Part shown: piece by piece, positions 13,532 through 26,377 of the stretch
Layout: the number at the start of each line of letters is the position of its first letter
How positions within the stretch are numbered: position 1 is the stretch's first letter
Assembly (NCBI RefSeq): GCF_009914755.1
Contig: NC_060933.1
Length of the DNA: 64,000 bases
Strand: one strand, 5' to 3'
Source: the human T2T-CHM13v2.0 reference genome, Homo sapiens
Notes under the pieces: model-generated
Told to the model about the DNA's origin: nothing
The model's database searches: none
Seen by the model: only the letters and a program-made list of their open reading frames with translations
Position numbers and translations under genes: made by a program

Positions 13532-13799
13532 CATATTACATTTATACATATCTATGTACATAGACATGCATATATATGCATGTAGATATGTATAAAATTA
13601 TACTATAATTTAAGCCCATTTTACAGAAAAAACTCAGAACAGAAGAAATTAAGTTGCTCATAGCCATGCAGTTTGTAATTGGCAGAGGCTGAATTTAAGC
13701 CAGCTCTTTCTGTGTTGCGAAACATTTTGAACACAGTTCAGTGTCTGTTGTCTCTGAGAAGCAATGTATATAAGATGTTATTTTCAAACATGGGGGAAG

Positions 13800-13990
13800 A
13801 CAGCAGTGTGATATCTTGGAAATAATATAGGACTTAGAGAAAAGTGTCTGGGGTTCTTCCCGGGGTTCTGCTGATGTTTGGGTATGTTATCTTGAGCAAC
13901 ATACTCATCTTTCCTGAGGCCTCAATTTCCTCTTGTAGAATGAGGGGTTTAGAGCAGATAATCTCTAGGGTTACTTCTGGATCTAAAAGG
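13800..13990 (+). mobile_element. MIR/MIR3 fragment
   Basis: ttgagcaacatactcatctttcctgaggcctcaatttcctcttgtagaatgagggg. Confidence 0.65.
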
Positions 13991-14376
13991 GAATGATTTC
14001 CTTCTGAAAGGCATTGTTTCTGCAGTGAGGATAAATACTCAGAATTCCAACTATTCAGAATGAAATTTAACATCCTCTCCTTAAGTAATAAAACAGCTAT
14101 CGTCTAGTCATCCTTCAGATCTCAGCTGTCTGTCTAACTTGAAACTTCTGTGTTGTGTGTTCTTCATACTATGGACATTTAAAAATAAAATTTAATAACA
14201 CATAACATTGTTGGCAATTACAAACTGATTTTTGCAGTTAGACTGTAAGTCCCAAGAAGGTAGTGACCATATCTGTCTGCTCACTATTGAATACCTACCT
14301 CATACCTAGCAGTGGGCTTGGTGTGGAGAACATCCTCAACATTTATTTACCAAATGGATTTTAAAGGGGCTCACTG

Positions 14377-14610
14377 ATGATGAGCATTTTTTCATGTGTC
14401 TGTTGGCTGCACAAATGTCTTCTTTTGGGGAGGGGGGAGGGATAGCATTAGGAGATATACTTAATGTGAATGACGAGTTAATGGGTGCAGCATACCAACA
14501 TGGCACATGTATACGTATGTAACAAACCTGCACGTTGTGCACATGTACCCTAGAACTTAAAGTATAATTTAAAAAAAAAATATATATATATATATATAAA
14601 ATAAAAAAAA
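14377..14610 (+). mobile_element. Young L1PA 3' end with 5' inversion (twin priming)
   Basis: 15-bp TSD taaaggggctcactg (14362-14376, 14611-14625); 14377-14427 is antisense ORF2; 14427-14610 is sense 3'UTR plus A/TA tail. Confidence 0.93.
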
Positions 14611-16234
14611 TAAAGGGGCTCACTGCTTCCAGATTTTTGGTCCTGGATGACTTAGAGCTAAGATTTCTTTCTGCCTTTCTGAAAGGAGAGTCTGGTCATG
14701 AGTCCTTCATGCCATAGGAAGGATATAATTTCTTTTCTCTTAGCTCCTACTGTTCCAGAGAAGCCAGTGATCAGTACTGCCTCCTACAGCTACACAAAGA
14801 CAGAGGCACCTCTTGGAGTTCCAGTTCCACATTTCCTAATCTCTTAGAAACAAATATTGAAGATGACCATATGAAAATTTGTGTTGATGCAACTCTATAT
14901 AATTTAAATCTTGTATGTAAGAAAGCATCACTCAGTATCAGTAAGCTGAGGCTTACTAATTTAAGGGCAGGGATGGATAAACTAATCCTTATGTGCCTGG
15001 TGTTCTTGGCTAGAACCAACAGCAGAAGTGCTCCAGTCCCCTCTACCGATGCACTAATGACAGGCCCACCCAACTACATATATTTTACAGACTGCTGCGC
15101 CTTTCATCCTGGAATGTGTTATTGGTAGTAGACAAGGCTACTTGGGTAACTGGGGGCAGTGGTTTTGTGAACTGCCCCCTCTTTCTTCCTGCTGCTTGTC
15201 CCCTGGGATGCAAAATTCTAGTGCTGTGGAACAGCAAGAGTCGCAGCACAGAGTGGCTAAGGCTGTAGGCAGCCACAGGCCACTGGCTGTTTGGCAGGGA
15301 GCAGTTCAGTCTAGGACCACACGGAAAGCAGACATGCTGACTACAGCATCCAGCAAAGAAAATGAGCTCTTCTGCCTGGGTTTGGTGGGCTAGGATGGGG
15401 GAGTAAGGAATAGGGGTTGGAGAGAGTGCCAAGCTGGGCTGTTGATGAGAGTGTGGGAAGATTCAAAGGGAAGGAAAAACAAGGGGAGGCACTTTGCCAA
15501 CTCAGAGGCAGTTGAGCTGATCTGCTCCCAACCCCCCACCTTTTTTCTGCTTAAGTGAGAAATCCTGCTGGGTGGGGTGGGAGCAGGGCCAAGAAAGGAG
15601 TGATTCTGCTGGGTGAGCATGGATGGTTGGACCCAGGAAGGGGGTTTCTGCCAGCTGGGATCAAGGCCAGAGGAAGCAGGAAAAATTAAGGGAAAGGAGA
15701 TGAGAGGAGTAAAAGAAAGATGCAAGAGGAAATGTCCCAAGAGAAGGAAAGAAGAAGGAAAAAAGAAAGGAGAAAAGAAGAGAGAAACTTTCAGACAGAC
15801 AAGAGAACCACATTTCTATGTGGAGAGCAGACCCATCTACAAAATGCCAGAATAAAATAATGTTCACACGAAACAAGCAATGAATGACCACATGGTACTA
15901 AATAAAGCAAACCCAGTGCTCCCAAATTTTCCTTGTGGGTGTTAATTTCCATGGGGATACAGTTTTCCAAAACAGCTAATCATGAAAGAGCTGCAAGCTA
16001 TAAAAAAAAAAGTTGCTCTTTAGGTAAAAAACAAATCCAACAAATGCTATCCAATACAGAAAAACTATGTACTACTTTAAAATATTCGATTTTCTTAAAA
16101 TATAATGTAGAGCACAAGATTCCTAAGTTTCCTTTCTTGCCTCTCTAATAAGATATAAAAATATAAAGATCTTCTTATAAGAAAACCTAGAGACGGAAAA
16201 ATTACAAATGTCAATGAAATAAATCCCATTCATT

Positions 16235-17070
16235 ATTATTTTTTAATTGACGTGTAACAACTATTCACACGCATGGGGCACAGTAAGATATTTTAAAAAC
16301 ATGTATATAATGTGTAATGATCACATTATGACAATTACCATATCTGTCACCTCAATTATCATTTATTCGTGTTGGGAACATTCGAATCCTCTCTTCTAGC
16401 TATTTGAAGATGTACAATAAATTATTTGTTAACTATAGTCACCCTACAGTGTTACGGAACATTAAAACTTATTCCTCCTATCTAGTAGTAATTTATATCT
16501 GTTACCCAACTTCTCTTCATCCCCCATACCTTCTACCCTTCCCAGCCTCTAGGAAGCACTCTTCTCCTTTCTAATTCTACGAGATCAAATCTTAAAAATT
16601 TCCACATATGAGTGAGAACATGTGGTGTTTGTCTTTCTGTGCCTGACTTGTTTCACTTAACAACTCCAGGCTCACCCACGTTGCCACGAATGATAGGATT
16701 TCATTCTTTTTTTATGGCTGAGTAGTCTTCCATTGTGTATATAGACCACATTTTCTTTATCTGTTCTTCCATTGAATAGACCCTGAGGTTGATTCCATAT
16801 CTTGGCTATTATGAATGGTGGTACAAGAAACATGCATATGCAAATATCTCTTTGACATACTGATTTCCTTTCCTTTGAATATCTGCCCAGTAGTGGGATT
16901 GCTGGATCATATGGTAGTTCTCTTTTTAGTTTTTTGAGGAACCTCCATACTGTTTTCCATAATGGCTATGCTAATTCACATTCCCACCAACAGTGTTTAA
17001 GAGTGCCTCTTTCTCTCCATCCTTGCCATCATTTGTAATTTTTTGTCTTTTTGATAGTAGTCATTCCAAT
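16235..17070 (-). mobile_element. L1MA 3' end
   Basis: ttaactatagtcaccctacagtg, tgagtgagaacatgtggtgtttgtctttctgtgcctg, gtagtgggattgctggatcatatggtagttc. Confidence 0.88.
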
Positions 17071-17282
17071 TCCATTTCGAAGTGATGGCAGTTTTAGAAC
17101 TTTTCAATGCACTTTTGTGGAGGCTCCTGAAGAGTTTAAAAAGCCATCAAGTGAAGGATGCATTTTTTTATGTGTAAATCTTACCAGTTACATGTGGCCT
17201 GGGGACAAGAATTCCACTGGCTTCAATCTCATAGAGAGATTGAGGCACATTTTGGTTTACATGCCTAGAGGACAGATTTGGC

Positions 17283-17704
17283 TGTTTTATTAGACTAATT
17301 ACAAAGACCCCAAATCTTTCTCCTCCCAGTTCTGAACCTAGGCTTCAAGGGGCCTTACAAGCTTCCATTCTTCTTCTTGGAACCCTGCCGTCCCCACCTG
17401 AACAAGCCTGGGCTAGCCTGATGGAGTATGAGAGGCCACATAAAGGACAGCCTTGTTGTCCTAGACAAAGCCATTTTAGGTCAGACTATTGTCAGACACC
17501 CAAACACATAAGAGAATCCAGCTGAGATCAGCCAGCAGCCTACTCAACTCACCGCTGATGGCAAATAAATGAGTCAGCACAGCTGAAGCCCCAAAGAGAT
17601 GTGCCACTGTCCCCACACACTAATGAGCAATAACAAGCATGTATTCCTTATAGCCATTGCATTTTAGAATCATTTGTTACACAGCAACAGACAACTGATA
17701 TACA
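17283..17704 (+). mobile_element. MLT1 (MaLR) solo LTR ending about 16 bp from the exon 3 donor
   Basis: gaacaagcctgggctagcctg...gagaggccaca; 3' end tttgttacacagcaacagacaactgata. Confidence 0.8.
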
Positions 17705-17720
17705 CAGATTGGAGACTCAC

Positions 17721-17897
17721 CTGTGCATTCATACTGCAGACCTTTCCCGTAATACCCCTTTTCACAGATGCACTCAAAATGGCCTGTGTGTGTCCCACAT
17801 TTGCAGCTTCCCATTCGGTCACAGCAGTCCTTGCCTTCATCACAAAGATATGAGCAGTGGACCATATCATCTTGAATAAAACTCCCAGAAGGTAGAT
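17721..17897 (-). CDS. SVEP1: SVEP1 coding exon 3 (Cys-rich/EGF-like segment), 177 nt
   Basis: Acceptor tttgtag|AT completes the phase-1 Asp codon; [59 protein letters not shown]; donor CAG|GTGAGT at 17720. Confidence 0.96.
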
Positions 17898-18927
17898 CTA
17901 CAAATAACATATGACAGAGGGCGATAAAAATGAGTCACAGTTCAATGTTACATTCTCTGGTCATTAAAATTTAAGTGCAAGCTGGAGAAAATATCTTTCC
18001 ATATCCCTCTAATTCCCAACTGCTTCCTGCTCCCACCCAAATACGAATGTGTGTTATTTGTACTAGCGCGCTCTGGGAATTCGTTGAAGCCAGTTAAGTT
18101 ATTCCAGTCTGGGACCTCATCATAAGTTCTCAAGGCCATTCAGGGTCAGGCAGAAATTAAGTAGTGTAGTGAGGAATCTCCAGATGCTGCAGGAAACAGT
18201 GCAGTCAGTTCTGCAGGTCATTCCCCTGGCTTCCAAAGCAGCAGCATTCCACTGCCTCTGGGTGAGGTCAGGCCCCAGCAACGAGTCCCCAGATCCTTGT
18301 TCCAATGAGAAACAAAGCCACCATCCTGATCACTGCACAGAGATGTTAATTGTGAGCCACCAACTTTGGAATAAACACTGTCACTTCTATGGTATTTGAG
18401 TAGGTAAATAAAGACCATTCTTATTACTTGAGCCATGCTCTGAAGTGAGGCATGCTGGGAATGCAATAACTCAGGCAGACCTGTTTAGAAAGTGACTTGA
18501 CAGGGTGGGTAAGGTTGAATATGATTGACCCAGAATGGATGGCCTAGAATCACACAAACAGTAAGTCCTTTATTCTTTTCAAGAAGTTTGAAAGTTTTAG
18601 ACTAAATTCCAATACTAGGTCCATGGGGCTCTAAGCCCAGATATTGTGATGGGCTTATAGTAGGAATTCAAGTGGGTGAGTTCCAGCAAGACACACGGGC
18701 TGCAATTGGACACCTTGGAAGGAGATTGGTGGTAGACTCAAATATAGAACATCCATCTCCATGCATCTAGATAGGGGCAAAGCAAAGGGAAGATTCCAGC
18801 CCCAAGGGAAAGAAACCAGTGCAACCAGGTACCCTGGTAAGCTCCTTCCAATAGACTGTGGTGTGGGTAAAAGATCTGTAACACAGGCCCTTAGGACTCA
18901 GCTCTGAGACACTGGACCACAGGTTTA

Positions 18928-19187
<260 letters not shown>

Positions 19188-19769
19188 GGGTGAGAAGAAA
19201 AGAAAAGACAAACATAGCTGTCAAGACTAGTGTACCAGCATTCAGGTCTGGAAGAGAGATAAGTGGAGGAGGTACAAATGGGGAAAGCTATTATTCTGTA
19301 ACCTATGTCTATCGAGAATGGCCAGAAACATGAACAGCAGTGAAACCCAAAGTGGATCCATCTAAATTGAAAGTAGCTGCAGAGAACACAGAGGCAGGGG
19401 AAATGAGGCTCATTTCCTTTGATCTGATCATGTCTTTCCAGTAAAAACAGGGTTTTACTTACTAAACCTAGAAACTCAACTAAAGTATTACACATTTTAG
19501 ATATTAGTTTAGTGTAATAAATGTGGTGTCTCCTAAAACCCTATTGCATTATGATAACCAAAACCCTTTCCTTGTTGACTCTAGTTTCTGGGTCAACTTC
19601 CATCAGGACAGAAGTCTCCACTCCTAGAAGACAGAGGGATGACAGGAGCTGAAATTTGTTGATAGCACTCATAATTTCATAATCCCATCTGGCAACACCC
19701 AGTATCTCCAACTGCAACCACCCTGTTTTCCCTCTTAACATATCACTTTCCTTGGAGAAAAGGAGAAAT

Positions 19770-20330
19770 AAAGGTAGCCAGTTGCTGAACTTCTTCCATG
19801 TGCTACATACTATATTGGTGATGTTTTAAATATCTTATTTAATCCTCCTGAAAACCTCTGTGATACATATAATAATAGTTTCCATTTTTAAAGGAGAGAA
19901 AACTGAGGTTCATAGTTGTTAAATAAATTGCCTAGGGGAATTAATAATGATAATTTGTTAATAAATAATAAATATCAGTAATAGTAGACAGTTATTGAGT
20001 GCTGAGTATAACAAGCCATCAGGAACTTTCTCATCCCTTTATATGTATTAACCCATTTAATCCTTGTAACAATTTTATGAAGTAGGTACTATTCTCATTT
20101 CCTATTCTATTTACAAGAAACCTAAGGAATATAAAAGATGAATGATATGTAAAAACAAAACAAACAAACAAAAAAACAGAAAACGTCAGCTAGTAGGTAA
20201 CAAAATCGGGATTTAAATCCAGACATTCTGGATTTTTAAGGCTTAGCTCTTAAAAATTAGATTTCATTAAGTTGCAGGCCTGGAACTTAGATCCAAACCT
20301 GTTTAAACGCAAATCCATACTTTATTTCCC
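19770..20330 (-). mobile_element. MIR fragments (probably one MIR nested in another)
   Basis: Two MIR core matches (gaaaactgaggttca; catttaatccttgtaacaa...gtaggtactatt). Confidence 0.65.
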
Positions 20331-20451
20331 ATACTCAGTTTCTTGCTGCTTCTAAGCCCTGTCCTAAGTCCTTGCTCACTTCACTAAAATCCCAGCCTCC
20401 AAAAACTTTGGCCAGCATCATCCCTCAGAGAGATAAATCTTTTTTGCTTTA

Positions 20452-20561
20452 TGCATGGTGGCTCATGTCTGTAATTCTAGCACTTTGGGAGGCCCAGGTG
20501 GGAGAAATGCTTGAGCCCAGGAGTTTGAGACCAGCCTGAGCAACATAGCGAGACACCATCT
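20452..20561 (+). mobile_element. Alu monomer (FLAM-like)
   Basis: catggtggctcatgtctgtaattctagcactttgggagg...gagacaccatct. Confidence 0.88.
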
Positions 20562-21454
20562 TTATTTATTTATTTTTTTTAAAAAGAAACTCCAGTAGAG
20601 CTAACCCACTTATTATGAACATCACTAATTTCTTAGAACTCATGTTGCCATGGTTTTCCCCTCAAACTGAATCTTTCACATGGATATCTGCAAGGATCAA
20701 GCCTAATTTGCCATATCACTTTAATCTGAGGCTAGATTTCCTGTGATTTCTTCCTAGTCTGTATTTTCTTCTCCTAGCTCACTAAGACATAAACCTATAT
20801 TCTGATAGGAAGTTTAATTTATATTACACAGCTAACTTATTATAATGTATAATTATGATTTAATTTTTAAATTATAATTTATAATTAAATTATAAGTGAT
20901 GCACAGAAAGCTCTAATAATGATACATTTGCTGATTTCCTTCCCTTTTAGGGTTAATGCTCTTAAGCTTTTACATAAGCATATCTATCTTCAAATGGTCA
21001 GGGCAAGAAGTATGTGTTAAGTATTTATTGTTCCTATATCTTCATGTGTATTTCTGGAAACATTCTGGTAAGTTTCACTGAGCATGTCTCTGAATGTTTA
21101 CTTCCTCTGTCCAGATAACTGTAAAGAGATCTAAGTCAAGGCTTCCCACTCTGTGTGTGGCCTCAAAACACACCTAAATTCATTCCACTGATTCTAAGGT
21201 GGGAGCATATGGATATTTTAGTGAAAACACATAACAGCTGCTAAGAAAAAAAACAAAAGGAACTCTTGTTGCAAGGTCAGAATATCATCTCTGTGAAGTT
21301 CAGCACATTTCATGATGCCCAAAGGACACATGGGCATCATATTCAGCAAAGACCTTGTGAGAGTTTGATATTACCCTCCCATGGGTTTCAAGCAGTGAGA
21401 GGCAAGGAAGCCTCATTTAAAAGTACCTTTGTGATGCCATTAGGTTTCCATTAC

Positions 21455-21710
21455 CTTCATGCAATGCCCGGCGAGCTAAAGCCTCAAATTCTTCAAAACT
21501 GTGTAGCAGGTAACAGTGCTCCTCCTTTGGGGTGGAAGCCATGTCATTCAGCTCTCGAATGTTCCCTTGCCATATGCCAAAAGTGAAGATCTCCACTCCT
21601 GAATCTCGCAGTGACGCTGCAATTGGTCTAGGGTCTCCCCCATTGGAATATCCATCAGTGATGAGAAATACAACTTTTGTTGAGTTTTCTCTAGCATGAA
21701 GAAGAATTTG
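21455..21710 (-). CDS. SVEP1: SVEP1 coding exon 2 (C-terminal half of vWA domain), 256 nt
   Basis: Not in the ORF track; read by hand. Acceptor ttcattacag|CAA, translation [85 protein letters not shown], donor AAG|GTAATG at 21454. In frame with exon 1. Confidence 0.96.
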
Positions 21711-22082
21711 CTGTAATGAAATGGGGAAAGTTAATATGAGTGTGTACTGTCTTGCCTACTGTGTGCTTCTCTTCTTACGTAAGGCAGTACTTGCAAAGAT
21801 CATTAGTATTTCACAGGCATGAGGGATGGAAGCCCTAGTCAGAGTAAAACAGAAATAGGCACAGATGAGAGCCTACAATGATCTTCTCACAGAGCCACAA
21901 TAAACCTCAAAAGCATTTAAAAACTATCATCCTCATCAACATTGCTGATGGAGCTTGCTAATGAAGTACAACAAACACTTATGGAATGAATTTTTAATCA
22001 ATATTATCACTTATTATTATATTATTTTTATTGATTCTCAGGCTCTCAAAATATGAACAAAATCTGAATCCAAATTCCACAA

Positions 22083-22084
<2 letters not shown>

Positions 22085-22133
<49 letters not shown>

Positions 22134-22140
22134 GTCTATC
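22085..22140. repeat. (TATC)12 tetranucleotide STR with interrupted end
   Basis: Direct reading. Confidence 0.95.
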
Positions 22141-23524
22141 ATCTCTATCCAAACCACTGCATGGTCATACACCAAAATCCTAATGGGAAGGAAATTTAAC
22201 AGAACATGTCTTTTCCAGAGTCAATAATGGCTGACCTGCTTCCTATATTTGTTTTTCCACTTGCTCCTCCAAAAAATGTAGAATTGATTCAATACTTCAT
22301 CTTTTTGGACCACCCGGTACTAGCATAAAAATAGCTAGTTTTGGTGGTATCCAGAAATACTGATTCACTAAATCTGACACTGGGACTTTATTATTTTAGG
22401 ACAAGTGAATTCTGTTTTACAATGATATATGCTCTTCCTTCTCTACAGATAGAATTTTAAAAAATGAAACCTTTTAAAAAGACATTTATATATTGCCATT
22501 GATGCTTTGTAAAACCAGACTATAAAGGCACAAGAACTCCAGTGGTGAATCTGGCATTTAATTCAATTTGCTGTTGTTGCTTTTCACTACAGATGAGTAG
22601 AAAAGATAAAGAAGCACCAGGGTATATTTTCTGGTAAGTTCTTAGAAGAAATTCCTATTAAAAAATAAATTAATTTTTAAAAAAGAACTTCATGTTTATT
22701 CCGCAAGAATTCAAGAAACACTACATGTTTTTCAGAAGGTAGGCAGGAAGAGTGACAACTGCATCCTATGTTGTGTTAAAGTGAAAAGGAGATATTGTGA
22801 TTTTTAAAATGTTTGATACAATTCACTTTAGGGTGCAGACTCACTATAAGATCCAGATTCTCTCAGACTATGAGATCCAGATTCTCTCAGACTATGAGAT
22901 TCATGTCCGTAGAAAGCAATCTTCATTAGTATATAATCAGTGGGTATTCATTACAATTCAATAATTCTTACCTAAATTTAGTTAGTGTTTGTGAGGCAAA
23001 GCTAAAGCTGCTAAACCTGAATTTAAGGAAAATTAAATGAAACTAACAATGCCTCCAGAAATATCTGGAAAGCCAGCAGTTTGAGAAGAGGTATTCAAAC
23101 ATTTCACCACACTCTTTCTCAAAAATCAAATGAGATCAAGGAAAATCGTACAGATGGGACCACACCAAAGACAGGCACAGAGGGTGGCTTCTGCGACGGA
23201 GTAGCATTCGGGACGTTACTGGAGACATTCCCCAAATAAACACACCAAGAAGCCCAATCAACACTCTCAAAATTCTTGGCTCTTAAAGTTTAAAAAGCTG
23301 CCCTCTTGATGAATGACAGGAAGATTTGGAATGAATGCTTGGTAAGTGTGAAATTTTTCCACACTCCAGAGAAGAAAAAACCTCTGAGGAGAGGAAGAGG
23401 GAAAGAGTTAGGGGAGAATGAGAAATGTGAGATGTTGCTGTGAGACCCTGAACTCTCCACACTCTCTCCACACCCCTAACTCTGTCACAGAAGAGATGAT
23501 TGACAAGCCTCCCTTTAGGCATAG

Positions 23525-24416
<892 letters not shown>

Positions 24417-25289
24417 CAGTAGAGTAAAACTACTCCATTGGGTGGTAAAGGAGAGGGCACCTGAAGAAGCTTATGTATTCCAGAGAGGTATAGCAGAGAA
24501 AGAATCAATGCAATTTTAAGACACCTGAAGGAGTCTTGCAATAATAAAGGTATGGCAGTAGATGACACCACAGACCTTGTGAGCCAAGAAGAGATGTGTC
24601 TCTCTTGGGCAATATCCATGGGAAGAGATCCTGGAAGCCGCAGGAGATAGCTGCATTAAAGGTTATGAAACTAACCAACAGACATGCGGATGACCAACAA
24701 AGACCATCATGACTATTGATGAGACAACTGGGCATCTCAGAGGATGGCAGCACAGGACATGTCAGAGCTGAGAGGTAAGTATCTCTTCCTTTGCTGTAAC
24801 TTTGCCCAAGCCCCAGAGCTTCACGTCAACTACAGGGAGGAAGGGAAGAGGTAATATTTCTCAACGTGACTTTGTTTTCAAAAGTGCAGTGCTTGAGAGC
24901 CTTCTGATTTTGAGTTTGCTTAGATGTGCCTACGTGAGGTTTCTGTCATCAGGAGAACTGGGGTCACAAAATGTAAATTAAATTTAGTATTGGGGAAATA
25001 GAGATTAAAAAATTTTAATCAGCAGATAGTGAATTTGTTTATCTTTTACAAACACAGTTTCTCTTCCTGATGAAACCCTGTGATATCTTGGAAAGTAAAT
25101 AGAGAAAACTTTTTGGAATCCTGCCATCACCACCTATTTAGAAGGAGAGGCAAGGGCTAGAGATGAAGGCCAAGGCTGGGAGAGAAGGAGGTCACTTTAA
25201 CCCCTCTGCGACACAGTTCAAAGATATCCAGGGGAGACAGGCCCAGGTATTTCAAGGCCAAGGATGGCTTCAAACAGAAGCCCAGTCTT

Positions 25290-25410
25290 CTCCCTAACTG
25301 TAACTTCCTTGAAGGCAGGTATTTTTGTGTATTTTTTAAAGTCATAAAAACCCAGAGACTAGAACAGTGCTTGACAAATGATACGCGCTTAATAAATATT
25401 TGTCACTAAG
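25290..25410 (+). mobile_element. L2 3' end
   Basis: ctgtaacttccttgaaggcagg...ctagaacagtgcttgaca...aataaatatttg. Confidence 0.75.
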
Positions 25411-26328
25411 GAGTGGCCCATCGTGCAGCAATTCTTCCAGTTGCTCGAGCAAAAACCTTGGAATCATCCTTATCTCCTGTGTCTTCCTGTATCTTGCTTT
25501 AAAAAGTTTCCCCACCGCAAGCCTATTAAATATTCTCACATACTTTTCCCTAATGCTTATATTTTTAAAATATTTCTTAAGTCCAAATAGATATCTTTTG
25601 TCTTTGCTGTGACATAGAGACTACTTTTACTTTTATTAAACAGGATAAGCAATTTTCCTGCAAATTATTTACTGATTAAACTGTTCTTTCCCTGGGTATA
25701 ATCTCTGCATCCAGGTTACTTGCTCTACTTGCTTATTCTTGGCCTACACCACCCGTCTCGGCTGCTATAGCTTTATACTATTTTTTTTTGTATCTGGTAA
25801 GGAAAGTCTACCACCTTTTTTTCTCTCTATTAAAATGTTTGTGGTTAACTTTGATTTTTTCTTTTCCAATAGAGCTTGAGAGTCTGCTTATGAAATTCTT
25901 CACTAAAATGTTTCTATCTCATCATTTGATCCAGTAATCCCACCTCTAGGAATCTATCCCAAAGATACACTGGCAGATACACAAAAATGGACAGACCAAG
26001 GACCAGCCCCAGTAGAAATGGGCATCTCTAAAGCCCCCTACTGTGGTCTCCAAATACTATTACCCACTAAAAGGAACCAGGAATTGGTGAAGAAATGGTT
26101 GATTTTAGGTCTATGGCACGGAATGTTCAAAATGAGTTTGCAACATCCTCTCATGTCAGAAAACAAAGATGCTGTTCAAGAGCCCTAAAAACATGCCCAG
26201 AAGAATCAGGAGCCAGCCTGAAGAGGCTCCTTCTGGCAAAATAAAGGTCATTTTGAGTATCAATAAAAATAATTGAAATGGATTTAAATGTATCAAGTAT
26301 AATATAGACATTTATGTGTATGTATAGA

Positions 26329-26333
<5 letters not shown>

Positions 26334-26367
<34 letters not shown>
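26334..26367. repeat. (TG)n microsatellite
   Basis: Direct reading. Confidence 0.95.

Positions 26368-26377
<10 letters not shown>

Noticed and set aside
20815-20897. AT-rich imperfect inverted repeat
   Set aside because: Expected by chance in nearly pure A/T low-complexity sequence.
21266-21586. 106-aa + strand ORF
   Set aside because: Antisense to exon 2; the real coding frame is on minus.
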